In this document: piece after piece, positions 1-8,395 of the stretch
Layout: each line of letters begins with the position of its first letter
Position numbering within the stretch: position 1 is the first letter of the stretch
From: a virus
IMG/VR virus record: IMGVR_UViG_3300042905_003904
Coordinates: 1 to 64,000 of that record
Reading direction: 5' to 3' (one strand)
DNA length: 64,000 nucleotides
The notes under the pieces: model-generated
Told to the model about the DNA's origin: nothing
Seen by the model: only the letters and a program-made list of their open reading frames with translations
The model's database searches: none
Position numbers and translations under genes: made by a program

Positions 1-106
1 TAGCAAACTTTTTTCCAGAATCAAAGATCTCTTCAATCCCCTTAAACGCATCCTTTTGCGTCTTTCTTGGTTCAAATCCTTTTGGGAAAAATTTTAAATA
101 CTTCAC
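1..106 (-). CDS. DinG/Rad3-like helicase, N-terminus only (runs off window)
   Basis: GTG start at 106 gives MKYLKFFPKGFEPRKTQKDAFKGIEEIFDSGKKFA, resembling the FP..F.PR..Q Q-motif just before Walker A; consensus-like promoter upstream. Confidence 0.6.
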   Translation of the reverse strand, partial: MKYLKFFPKGFEPRKTQKDAFKGIEEIFDSGKKFA

Positions 107-112
107 ATTCTC

Positions 113-140
113 ATTATAACAGAGAATCGAAATATTTCAA
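113..140 (-). promoter_or_regulatory. sigma70-type promoter TTGAAA-N16-TATAAT, 6 nt before the GTG start
   Basis: Near-consensus -35/-10 read directly on the minus strand. Confidence 0.65.
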
Positions 141-141
141 T

Positions 142-384
142 TTAAACTATGTTTGGTTGCGGCATTTTCTCTACGTCCACAACCTTCTTAATACACTTGC
201 AAAGAAGATAAAACATATTCTTTGTGTCTCTGCCATCAAAACCTCGACCATGGCAAGTCTTACAAGAAGTGTTAGGTTTCTTCTTTAAGGGAAACTGTCC
301 AGGGACCATGTGCTTTAAATCTTCTTCTCTAATAGAAAAGGAAGAACCCGAATAGGCACTATAAATTAAAACTTCATTTGTCAT
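142..384 (-). CDS. Small zinc-finger protein
   Basis: CKTCHGRG ... LCKC, DnaJ-like CxxCxGxG motif. Confidence 0.6.
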   Translation of the reverse strand: MTNEVLIYSAYSGSSFSIREEDLKHMVPGQFPLKKKPNTSCKTCHGRGFDGRDTKNMFYLLCKCIKKVVDVEKMPQPNIV

Positions 385-742
385 GGTTAATAGATATGGT
401 TAAAATGCTATCCCAAAATTTATTACTAGCCGTCTTCGTTTGATAAAGCCGCATCATTGGTTCTATCTGCGGCATGTCCTTAGCCAGGGTCCTTAGTCTA
501 TAATCAAAATATAACAAATCATCTTCATTGTGCAATTCAATACCAAATGGAATGGGAATTTCCACCTTGTCTATATTAGACATATTGTCTCCCTTATCTA
601 ATACCAGAACCAAAAAATAGTTCTTCTGATGAAAAAGAACAAGGCGACCAGACTTATAGGTCTTATTTTTAAATTCTAAAGAGATGTGCTTTTGTAATAA
701 GAACTTACAAATTTTTTCTAAGTCAGTGCCTGCTATATTCAT
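374..742 (-). CDS. Hypothetical protein
   Basis: 122-aa ORF tightly packed in the minus-strand operon. Confidence 0.65.
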   Translation of the reverse strand: MNIAGTDLEKICKFLLQKHISLEFKNKTYKSGRLVLFHQKNYFLVLVLDKGDNMSNIDKVEIPIPFGIELHNEDDLLYFDYRLRTLAKDMPQIEPMMRLYQTKTASNKFWDSILTISINHDK

Positions 743-743
743 A

Positions 744-1127
744 TTATCGATCCATAAATGCGGCTTTTTGAACGGGGTTCATCTTGGCTATACTTTTATC
801 AAAAAATTTCCAAAAGTGTTCTGGGGGTCTAGTGGGCGTTGCTGTTACTACTTCACAGGTTTCAATTGGAATGGCTCGCCAGTCTTGAAAGAAGATGTCC
901 CAAACCACAACTAGGTTCTTTGCTGCTGCGTTATACGGGGGATTGGTTACTGGTGGTTTGAAATTGAGGATTTCTTTGCCAAGAGTTGAATCTAAAATAG
1001 TGGCATCTAAAGTGCACAACATTCGCCGCGCCAGGGGTCGGCCTGGAAGTTTATGTCGTCTGTTAAATTTCAACTCGACAACATGAGTGGAACAAAGTTG
1101 TCTTAAACCAGAAACACTAAGACGCAT
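744..1127 (-). CDS. WYL_2/Sm-like SH3-fold phage protein
   Basis: VVELKF.R...RRMLCTL ... VVVWD...DWRAI pattern typical of T4-like WYL_2 proteins. Confidence 0.65.
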   Translation of the reverse strand: MRLSVSGLRQLCSTHVVELKFNRRHKLPGRPLARRMLCTLDATILDSTLGKEILNFKPPVTNPPYNAAAKNLVVVWDIFFQDWRAIPIETCEVVTATPTRPPEHFWKFFDKSIAKMNPVQKAAFMDR

Positions 1128-1576
1128 TAGTCTGCTAAGGAGACCTTCTTACTGGACTTAGTCTTTTTGGCTACATTTATAATAGGTGGAACAAATGCTG
1201 CACGGGCTTTACAAGTGCCGAATAGGCGCTGTTCATTTAAGAAGGCGATATTCTTCAGACCGTTCATCTCTCGGACCTGAATTCCCTTATCATTCGGAAA
1301 AATGACATTATCGCCAACCTTCACATATTTACAATTAGGACCAGCAAGGACTACTCGTCCAACTCGCCATACTTGCGGCGCAGCAGCGATTGGCACAAAC
1401 ATTGCGCCACGCTTTACCATCGTGCCGTCTTCGTTGATATCCACAAACTGAACCATGACAATGTCATCTAAAGTTTGCTGGACATCCCATCCTTCTAAGT
1501 CCATGGCTGTGTGAGCATAGGACTCCATTTGAACTAATCCTTTAACGCGGTCTTCCATTGGTGGTGCATCAATCAT
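1127..1576 (-). CDS. groES: GroES/Cpn10-like co-chaperonin
   Basis: GRVVLAGPNCKYVKVGDNVIF motif. Confidence 0.8.
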   Translation of the reverse strand: MIDAPPMEDRVKGLVQMESYAHTAMDLEGWDVQQTLDDIVMVQFVDINEDGTMVKRGAMFVPIAAAPQVWRVGRVVLAGPNCKYVKVGDNVIFPNDKGIQVREMNGLKNIAFLNEQRLFGTCKARAAFVPPIINVAKKTKSSKKVSLAD

Positions 1577-1591
1577 ATACTGTAATTTAGG

Positions 1592-1999
1592 TTAGTTCTT
1601 TATTTCTGCTAGGGTGGAATGGTAATATTTTAATTCTCTTTGAGACATCTCCATATTATTAGCTGTCAATTCTAAATCATCAATCTCAGTCTCTTTACCT
1701 TCCCCTTTTTTGATATACTGATAGAAACCTCCGGACTTGGGTAATATGGTTCGGAAAAACTTGGCTAGATCAGCAGCCTCCTTACTAATGGGAGTTTGAT
1801 TGCTCCATCGGTTAGAAGTGGCATTCACTACCTGAGCATAACTTCCAGAGACCATCGTCAACCACCGATTAATCATATACGGGTTAGGCCAAACAATATC
1901 CGTTACATCATTATATGATTTCTTAGTGATCCAATTTAAGGCACTAAAAAGATCATTGGAATATTTCTTCTTGGGTTTGTCTGATTTTGGTTTAGCCAT
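1592..1999 (-). CDS. Clamp-loader small subunit (gp62-like)
   Basis: LFSALNWITKK ... PYMINRWL ... YIKK, size and pattern like T4-type gp62. Confidence 0.6.
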   Translation of the reverse strand: MAKPKSDKPKKKYSNDLFSALNWITKKSYNDVTDIVWPNPYMINRWLTMVSGSYAQVVNATSNRWSNQTPISKEAADLAKFFRTILPKSGGFYQYIKKGEGKETEIDDLELTANNMEMSQRELKYYHSTLAEIKN

Positions 2000-2565
2000 T
2001 AGATGACTTTGCGAGAGGCTAGGTTAATATCTGCTAATGTATCATAAAACATTACACAAATTTGCTCCATTAAAAATTTTGCACTTGAATCGCTCAATTC
2101 TAAAGATCCCGCAAAATACGGCGCTTTAGGGCCTGCATTATTGTTCAATCCCAAATGTCCATAAGCCACTCCGTTCTCGCACTTTGTAATACTTACGCTT
2201 AATTTTTTATAAGAGATTGACAATTTATCCTTGTTCAATGTTTTTATATCGTCCCCAAATACTCGAATGTTAACATCTGAATCTCGTAAAAAGTTTGCTA
2301 CTAGGTTACTGAACAAACGCTGAAAGGCAACTGCGCCGATTGGATTCATATTGGGAATCTCCCAACAGAAATTCAAAGCATCTTCTGAATAGATGAAATC
2401 ATCATCCAAGGCATCTTCTAAGTCAATCAGATGCTCCTTGACGTCCATCTTACCCCGAAAAGCAATGATAGCACCAAGCGGTGGTAAATTCTTCCGATAG
2501 AATTTATAAGCGAAGGGGGAATGGATTAAATCTCCGGAATAGTCTAGTTTTTCAGTTAGGATCAT
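1999..2565 (-). CDS. DUF366 family protein (biotin/lipoate-ligase-like fold)
   Basis: YSG..IH..FAY, IIAFRG.MDV..HLIDLED, FQRLF, GDDI, KLSVSI, HLGLN motifs. Confidence 0.75.
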   Translation of the reverse strand: MILTEKLDYSGDLIHSPFAYKFYRKNLPPLGAIIAFRGKMDVKEHLIDLEDALDDDFIYSEDALNFCWEIPNMNPIGAVAFQRLFSNLVANFLRDSDVNIRVFGDDIKTLNKDKLSISYKKLSVSITKCENGVAYGHLGLNNNAGPKAPYFAGSLELSDSSAKFLMEQICVMFYDTLADINLASRKVI

Positions 2566-2567
2566 AA

Positions 2568-3233
2568 TTAATTTGGAATGAAGTATTTTGGTTTGCGTTG
2601 AATTCTATTATCTGCGTTAATATCAAAAAATACAGAATTATCTACATCTACTATTGAAGAATAAATGGCCCCATCTGGCATTAGTTGATCTATATCTTTT
2701 ACTGCTTTGGATGAAAACGCTGTTCGGTCTTTATTCCAATAAACAGTATTATCTCCTCGGCCTACCATTACACCATTTGAGTTTACATCATACAACCAGG
2801 TTCCATAGGTCCCTTCTAATCTGGAAAGGACCATTCGAAACTTTTGCCATCCGGTTTGAAATACTTCTTGGGGGTAATTATACAAAAATGGAATCCATTC
2901 AGAATCCACCCCCAATTTCAAATCATAGTCCAATTCCAAGTCTTTTGTGTTAGTAATGATTCCATTATGGGCAGCAATGGCCCGACCATATTGAAACGGA
3001 TGACATCCCGAGAAATTAGAAACTTTGGTGGTGGGGGCCCGAACATGGCCAAGGTGATAAAGAGCACGAGTGGGCACAATTACTGGTTCTTTGTTTATGT
3101 CTCGAATCTTTTGAATCTCTATCTTATTCTCAAAGATAGAAAGGATGCCGGCGCTATATGCTCCGCGGCTTAGATTCTCTTGGAAAAGACCTAAGAAGAT
3201 ACTGGGATCTCTGCTGCCTAGGATACCACAAAT
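2568..3233 (-). CDS. Class II (Ntn) glutamine amidotransferase, apparent ATT start
   Basis: Frame extends upstream of the called ORF to ATT-TGT-GGT-ATC, giving (M)CGILG...SRG..SAG...GHVRAPT...HPF...AHNGII.N...DSE; in-frame TGA at 3260-3258 with no ATG before the Cys. Confidence 0.8.
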   Translation of the reverse strand: MCGILGSRDPSIFLGLFQENLSRGAYSAGILSIFENKIEIQKIRDINKEPVIVPTRALYHLGHVRAPTTKVSNFSGCHPFQYGRAIAAHNGIITNTKDLELDYDLKLGVDSEWIPFLYNYPQEVFQTGWQKFRMVLSRLEGTYGTWLYDVNSNGVMVGRGDNTVYWNKDRTAFSSKAVKDIDQLMPDGAIYSSIVDVDNSVFFDINADNRIQRKPKYFIPN

Positions 3234-3237
3234 TTTC

Positions 3238-3936
3238 TTAACCCTGCCTTTCTTGTTTCATGTCACTATTATTCCATTTTTTTCTAAACAAATCACCGGA
3301 GTCTTTCCATTCTTTTGAATTCATGCTATCCCCCAAGCCGAAATGAGTTACTCGAATCGGCATTACCGCCATCTTTAATCCGGCTTTGTGGGCGCTACAA
3401 CAAAAATCCAGGTCATAGTGGTGAAATTTAAACGATTGGTCAAATGTTACTTGCTTTTCGTGGAGTTTCTTGACATTCACAGCCAGAAATAATCCATCTA
3501 AACACAATACAGGGGATCTGGTTGGTCCGAAACACGTAGTCCAATTTTTACCGTCTTTAGAATGAGCCACCTCTCCGCAGTGGGATTCTCTGGGGGACAT
3601 TAGGTGCCATGCCAACATGGCAGCATTGAGGTCCATTTCCTTGGAACCAGCCAAGCCAATAATGTCTGCTTGAGACATCCCCATTTCAAGTTTGTCATCC
3701 AAAAATAAATCTTCAATCACGACGTCATCATGAACAAACACCAAATAGTCATAATAACCTTTAAATTGCTCTAGGGCTCTATTGTAGACCTCTGAGAGTC
3801 CTGAGGAGTTTTGGTAGTAGACGTGGTTATCAATACCGTTCGTCATTTTCTTTAAGGAATACGCTAATGGAGCATTATTCCAAAAGTCTTCTTTAGAACG
3901 TCGGGTGGCTGAAACTATACAGATGGTGTGACTCAT
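3238..3936 (-). CDS. GT-A fold glycosyltransferase (GT2-like)
   Basis: GLSEVYN, LVFVHDDV, IIGLAG, LDGLFLAV, FHHYDLDFC. Confidence 0.8.
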   Translation of the reverse strand: MSHTICIVSATRRSKEDFWNNAPLAYSLKKMTNGIDNHVYYQNSSGLSEVYNRALEQFKGYYDYLVFVHDDVVIEDLFLDDKLEMGMSQADIIGLAGSKEMDLNAAMLAWHLMSPRESHCGEVAHSKDGKNWTTCFGPTRSPVLCLDGLFLAVNVKKLHEKQVTFDQSFKFHHYDLDFCCSAHKAGLKMAVMPIRVTHFGLGDSMNSKEWKDSGDLFRKKWNNSDMKQERQG

Positions 3937-3943
3937 GATAAAT

Positions 3944-4651
3944 CTAAACCCCTTTGATCCATGGGATTTCAATAGCATACGGAACTGGATCCTTAATACC
4001 CGCTTCTAAGAAACCTTGAATCCTAGAAGAACAGGCAGAGCAGGTCCCACAAGCAATTTCTCCCCCATTATAACACGTATGGGTGTCTTTAAAGTCTACA
4101 CCATTCTTTATGCCGTCTTCAATGATCTGTTTCTTGGAGAAGGTAATATAAGGAGCCTTAATTTCGATCTTGTGCTTTCTATTCAAACCAATCAGTTCAT
4201 TGATAGTTTTGAGAAAGTCTAACGATCCGTCCCAATGGCCGCTGTGAGTGTCTACTTCGGCTGCCCCATAATAGACATCAGTAGCCCCAACACTTTCTGC
4301 GGTAGCTACTGCAATAGAAAGAAGCATCATATTGCGGTTCGGAATGTGATAAGAAGGTTGTGCATCGCCGAGGACGTCTTTTACGTGGGGGATTACCATA
4401 TCCTTGTTCACCAAAGAAGAAACACTAAGAATTTCCTTCATAAAGGTAATATCTAGAACCTTTAATGGCACACCAAGCCTATTACAGTTTTCCTGTGCCA
4501 TCTTTAATTCCAATACATGCCTTTGTCCGTAGTTAAATGCAATAGCTAATACCCCCTTTCCTCGGTGGATATAATCTTCCTGAACTACTTTATAAAGAAG
4601 ACAAGTGCTATCAAGACCGCCAGAATAGGTTACGATTGAAGAAAAAGACAT
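3944..4651 (-). CDS. queC: 7-cyano-7-deazaguanine synthase QueC
   Basis: SGGLDST, FNYGQRH, IPNRN, THTCY....ACGTCSAC. Confidence 0.95.
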   Translation of the reverse strand: MSFSSIVTYSGGLDSTCLLYKVVQEDYIHRGKGVLAIAFNYGQRHVLELKMAQENCNRLGVPLKVLDITFMKEILSVSSLVNKDMVIPHVKDVLGDAQPSYHIPNRNMMLLSIAVATAESVGATDVYYGAAEVDTHSGHWDGSLDFLKTINELIGLNRKHKIEIKAPYITFSKKQIIEDGIKNGVDFKDTHTCYNGGEIACGTCSACSSRIQGFLEAGIKDPVPYAIEIPWIKGV

Positions 4652-4673
4652 AGGTTGGAGATAAATAGAGTAT

Positions 4674-5219
4674 ATGATCGCCGAAAATAATTTCAAGCAG
4701 AGAATTCAAAAAAAGACTAATACCCTTCTTAATCAGTCCAATACCCCCATTCAAGAAGGTCATATGATTTTTGCCAAGGCCTTTATTCGTAATTTAGTTC
4801 AGGAAGCAGAAGAACTGGATGGAGTTTCCTCTGTTGAGGAATTTACACCAGAAAAGAATAAAGCCGATTTTGCGGCAGGCCTTGAACAAGGAACGGATCC
4901 GACTGGATTTGATGTAGATGGCGTTCCTGCCGAAATAACCGGGGAAGACTTGAGTAAATTAAAAGAGTTTGTGGAAAAGTTAAATTCTTTTGCAGATTTC
5001 TTAAATGATTATGAGTCCGGGCAATCAGTTCACTCTGTGCTTTCCAATAGCGACAAAAACGGCAGTATTCTGAAAGGAGTTAGCCGTAAGGCCTCCGACT
5101 CTATTACGAGAATTGCTTCTGAAGTTTCTAAGCTTCAGCAGGTCCTGGCTAGCTTTGTGATTGAAGCCCCCCGCAAACTGCGAGATGCAAGTCAGAATCA
5201 AATTGGTGCTGTTCAATAA
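4674..5219 (+). CDS. Hypothetical late protein (possibly virion-associated)
   Basis: 181-aa ORF with TAAATA 6 nt upstream of ATG. Confidence 0.65.
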   Translation: MIAENNFKQRIQKKTNTLLNQSNTPIQEGHMIFAKAFIRNLVQEAEELDGVSSVEEFTPEKNKADFAAGLEQGTDPTGFDVDGVPAEITGEDLSKLKEFVEKLNSFADFLNDYESGQSVHSVLSNSDKNGSILKGVSRKASDSITRIASEVSKLQQVLASFVIEAPRKLRDASQNQIGAVQ

Positions 5220-6115
5220 ACTAGATCCATATTTAGTTTATATTTCTTCCTGTCCATACTAGGAAGCAGATATTTATTTCGCAGTTCTTTAAGTTGTTCT
5301 GTATTTTCATTTTTATACAATTCCCATTCCGTGGCTGTTTTATTAGATTTTAACACATTCTCCCACCACCAAAGCGGCTGCAAATTTGTATAATGATAGC
5401 ATTTCTTTTGTTGGTTTGGATCTGATAAATCAAAAGAAGAGCATGGAATGATATGGTCAATATCCCATCCTCTTTGAGATTCTGATTTACCTTTGTTTTT
5501 CCATGTCATAAACTCATCGAATTTAGACTCCAAACGTTTCTTTAATTCTTTCATACTACACCCAGTTAACTCTGTAGTTCGTTTAGTTTTAACTGCTCCG
5601 TGTTTCCGTAATGATTGTCTAATTAAACTATTCAGATTTAGTTTTAAATTAAATTGTGGATCATTATGATATCTCTTCTTGCGGCGGGCGGTTTCCTTCA
5701 CAGCATTTCGTTTTAACCCTTCTTTAATTTTGTCTGGATTGTTCTTCCTCCATACACGCATCGCTGCGACTCTTTCTTCTTTATGTTCTCTATAATATCG
5801 GGCGTCTTGTTCCTTCTTTTTAATCGATAATTCCTCTTCAGTCATTTTTACGCGTTTTGGAATTAGTGCCCTCTTTCTGACCTCTTCTTCAGAATGCCAC
5901 TTGTCTCTGCCTCTTTTATTTAACTCTTCTCTGTATTTATTGCGATGATTCGCCCCACATTGTTTGCGGCGAGCTACTTTTGATTCATCTTCTTTATCCT
6001 TATGATATTGTTCTCTAGCAATCCTTTGGCGCTCTTCCTTGTGCTCCGCATAATATTTGGCGTCTCTTATCCGCTGCCTTTCTTTCAACTCTTCGACTGT
6101 TAACTTTTGCTTCAT
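5213..6115 (-). CDS. HNH homing endonuclease
   Basis: Basic helical repeats at the N-terminus; WDIDHIIPC...YTNLQPLW..N..KSNK at the C-terminus. Confidence 0.85.
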   Translation of the reverse strand: MKQKLTVEELKERQRIRDAKYYAEHKEERQRIAREQYHKDKEDESKVARRKQCGANHRNKYREELNKRGRDKWHSEEEVRKRALIPKRVKMTEEELSIKKKEQDARYYREHKEERVAAMRVWRKNNPDKIKEGLKRNAVKETARRKKRYHNDPQFNLKLNLNSLIRQSLRKHGAVKTKRTTELTGCSMKELKKRLESKFDEFMTWKNKGKSESQRGWDIDHIIPCSSFDLSDPNQQKKCYHYTNLQPLWWWENVLKSNKTATEWELYKNENTEQLKELRNKYLLPSMDRKKYKLNMDLVY

Positions 6116-6144
6116 ATACCACTACTTATTCTTACCTCGGCCGA

Positions 6145-6378
6145 TTACAACCTATTTTTCTTATGGTGTCTCCACATCACACTACACCTAGTCCCACAAA
6201 AAGCCGCTTCCCTGTTCTTCCGAATCACCTTCCAGAGTAGCGGCTTGCCACAATTACCGCACAATTTCGGATTTAGGTCATAAGCGATCTCTTTAGGTCC
6301 TTTGCTGTGACTTTTTGAATGTCCTCCCAAAGCCATTACGGTCTCGAAAGTTTCTCCACAAATTTTACAAGTGTGCAT
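6145..6378 (-). CDS. C2H2 plus treble-clef zinc-finger protein
   Basis: CKICGETF....ALGGH...H; CGNC ... FCGTRC. Confidence 0.7.
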   Translation of the reverse strand: MHTCKICGETFETVMALGGHSKSHSKGPKEIAYDLNPKLCGNCGKPLLWKVIRKNREAAFCGTRCSVMWRHHKKNRL

Positions 6379-6434
6379 TTCCCATTATATCATATAATCT
6401 TCTTAAATAACCAGGTTCCTCATAAGTAATCCAT

Positions 6435-6881
6435 ATGCGCGATACAGACTCCCAACTTCTCGAAGAAGCCCTTGCTAAAGTTTATACTAAGGAATCTTTA
6501 GACCCAGCTCGGGAAAATCGATTCTCCACTTATAATGCTTGGCGACGTGCTGCTAAGGCTGCTGGGGCTGTGAGGCAGGATGGGGATAAGGACATTGCGA
6601 CGGCTTTCGATGGAGAAAGGCGTGCTGTTGGGGAATGGGACGGGGCTTCTGGTGTTCTTTATAAGAAAAGAAATCCGGTGAATGAATCTACCTTTACCAA
6701 AGGCGGAGTTTCTTATACTTTGGGTCATAAGATCAATAAAGACGAACCTGATCATCAGCTTCATGAATATTGGCTGACGGGAGATGGGGGTAAAATAATC
6801 GACTTGACAGATTCCCGTCAGCCATTAAGCTCCGGAGAAATTGCTGCTATTGCTAAAGAAAAGGGTTTCAGCAAGGCTTAA
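6435..6881 (+). CDS. Hypothetical protein with shared N-terminal leader (putative internal head protein)
   Basis: Leader MRDTDSQLLEEALAKVY is shared with the ORFs at 15594-15815 and 15815-16177; TAAGTA upstream. Confidence 0.6.
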   Translation: MRDTDSQLLEEALAKVYTKESLDPARENRFSTYNAWRRAAKAAGAVRQDGDKDIATAFDGERRAVGEWDGASGVLYKKRNPVNESTFTKGGVSYTLGHKINKDEPDHQLHEYWLTGDGGKIIDLTDSRQPLSSGEIAAIAKEKGFSKA

Positions 6882-7846
6882 TACAAATTTTGCAGGATAA
6901 AACTAATCGGAATCTCGTCGATTCCCTTCTTGACGGCTAGTTCATTAAGGTCTTTATATGGGAGGTCAGGCCACTTAAATACCCTCTGACCATTCTCCAA
7001 TAATTCTACGATTTTCCTCTGCACCACTTTATCCTCACTATCAAATTTGGGGTTGTCTAATATCCAGATTTTTTGATGAAACGGGAAATTGACTAATTGT
7101 TTCTTTTGGGTCTTGGTTAGGACTAATCCAGCCAGACAAACCCCGTTCTTTAAGAACATACAGTCTGTGGGTCCTTCTGTCTGAAAGATATAATCGATGG
7201 TTGGGTCGATTCTCTCGATACCAAATAAGGACTTATCATATCCTACTTTGTTTAGGTATCGGGGTTCTGTTCCATCCAAGGCTCTGGATTGGTAGAATAT
7301 GATTTGTTTATTGATATCTAAATAAGGAATAATTAACCGGTCCTTATGAAAGTAATCTGTAAGGCTTAAATAATAATTAAGGGGTCGATTAACAGCAGTA
7401 TCTAATCTGCGGCTTTTGATGTAGTCCATGGCTCTATTGTAGGAACCATTATTTTTCCAGAATTTCTGTTGCTGGTGATCCGATAAATTAATACAGTCAT
7501 GGGGTAAAGACGGAAGTATCTTTTTGGTGGTTTTAGGACCATTAAAAATTCTTTCCGATAGATCTGTAGAATACTCTCTCGACCGGGCCTCTATTTCTAT
7601 ATCTTCTTTGCTACTGCCCGTAACATTAGTAATCCATTCATAGGCATTCCAGCTTTTATTGCAGTTCCAACAATAAAAGCTATTGCTTTGAGGATAATAG
7701 AATAGGCGTTTCTTTTTGCCTAGGCTTTTCCCTTCCTTACAAACCGGACACCCAGCATTGTAGATTCCGTCGTGTTTTCTGATTAATGGTTCATAGCTAT
7801 GAACCAAAAACTTAGAAAGAACGTAAGCAGATGGTAGTTTAGACAC
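6878..7846 (-). CDS. gp61: DNA primase (T4 gp61-like)
   Basis: CPVC...KKRL...CWNC zinc finger; RLIIP, QSRAL, TOPRIM EGPTD, DN, KDLNE. Confidence 0.92.
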   Translation of the reverse strand: MSKLPSAYVLSKFLVHSYEPLIRKHDGIYNAGCPVCKEGKSLGKKKRLFYYPQSNSFYCWNCNKSWNAYEWITNVTGSSKEDIEIEARSREYSTDLSERIFNGPKTTKKILPSLPHDCINLSDHQQQKFWKNNGSYNRAMDYIKSRRLDTAVNRPLNYYLSLTDYFHKDRLIIPYLDINKQIIFYQSRALDGTEPRYLNKVGYDKSLFGIERIDPTIDYIFQTEGPTDCMFLKNGVCLAGLVLTKTQKKQLVNFPFHQKIWILDNPKFDSEDKVVQRKIVELLENGQRVFKWPDLPYKDLNELAVKKGIDEIPISFILQNLY

Positions 7847-7891
7847 ATCTTAGTCTAAACTAAATTTAGAAGGAACTCACTTAAATTTAAC

Positions 7892-8041
7892 TCAGGAACT
7901 ACGAACGCACAGGCGGAACGAACCGGTCTCCAGATCCCACCACCAGTAGCCGCGCCCGATGACGTAGCCCCATGCGATTTTTACCCGCATGAGCCATCTA
8001 CGCCACCGAGGCCACGGTAAGAGTTTGGCGGGTGTCCACAT
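7892..8041 (-). CDS. Small Trp-rich hypothetical protein (49 aa)
   Basis: Translated by hand: MWTPAKLLPWPRWRRWLMRVKIAWGYVIGRGYWWWDLETGSFRLCVRSS. Confidence 0.4.
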   Translation of the reverse strand: MWTPAKLLPWPRWRRWLMRVKIAWGYVIGRGYWWWDLETGSFRLCVRSS

Positions 8042-8047
8042 CTGCGA

Positions 8048-8368
8048 TTACGGCTTCACCGTTGCGATGAACAGTGCTTCGAGGCCAGCCTTGATGTCTG
8101 TGCCGAGCAGTTTGAGCACGCGGGCTTCCACGTCGGCCTGAGTGTAGTCGCCTGCCGCGTCGTAGGCTGCACCTTCCCACAAGGTGATCTGCTTGTGGAA
8201 TGGATGAATGCGGGCGGTGGCGAGTTTCCGTTTTTCGCTGTCCACGGTAGTCACGTCGAGTTCCGTGAGCACGATTGGCTTCTGAACTCGCTCCTGAGCG
8301 GGCTCGTTGCCACGGGCGGGGCGATAGATTGTGGGTGGCTGGACTGTGACTGGTGTCTGTAGTTTCAT
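8048..8368 (-). CDS. Hypothetical protein (possible fibre assembly chaperone)
   Basis: 106-aa ORF directly downstream of the beta-helix gene; LWEGAAYDAAGDYT motif. Confidence 0.65.
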   Translation of the reverse strand: MKLQTPVTVQPPTIYRPARGNEPAQERVQKPIVLTELDVTTVDSEKRKLATARIHPFHKQITLWEGAAYDAAGDYTQADVEARVLKLLGTDIKAGLEALFIATVKP

Positions 8369-8395
8369 GGTTGTTTTGGATTGAGGTTGCTGAAA

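Noticed and set aside
60-85. GGTTCAAATCC resembling a tRNA T-loop
   Set aside because: No cloverleaf around it; it lies within the minus-strand helicase reading frame
2568-3077. Amidotransferase as a truncated pseudogene, as the ORF track suggests
   Set aside because: The frame stays open upstream to an intact CGILG N-terminus; only the start codon is atypical
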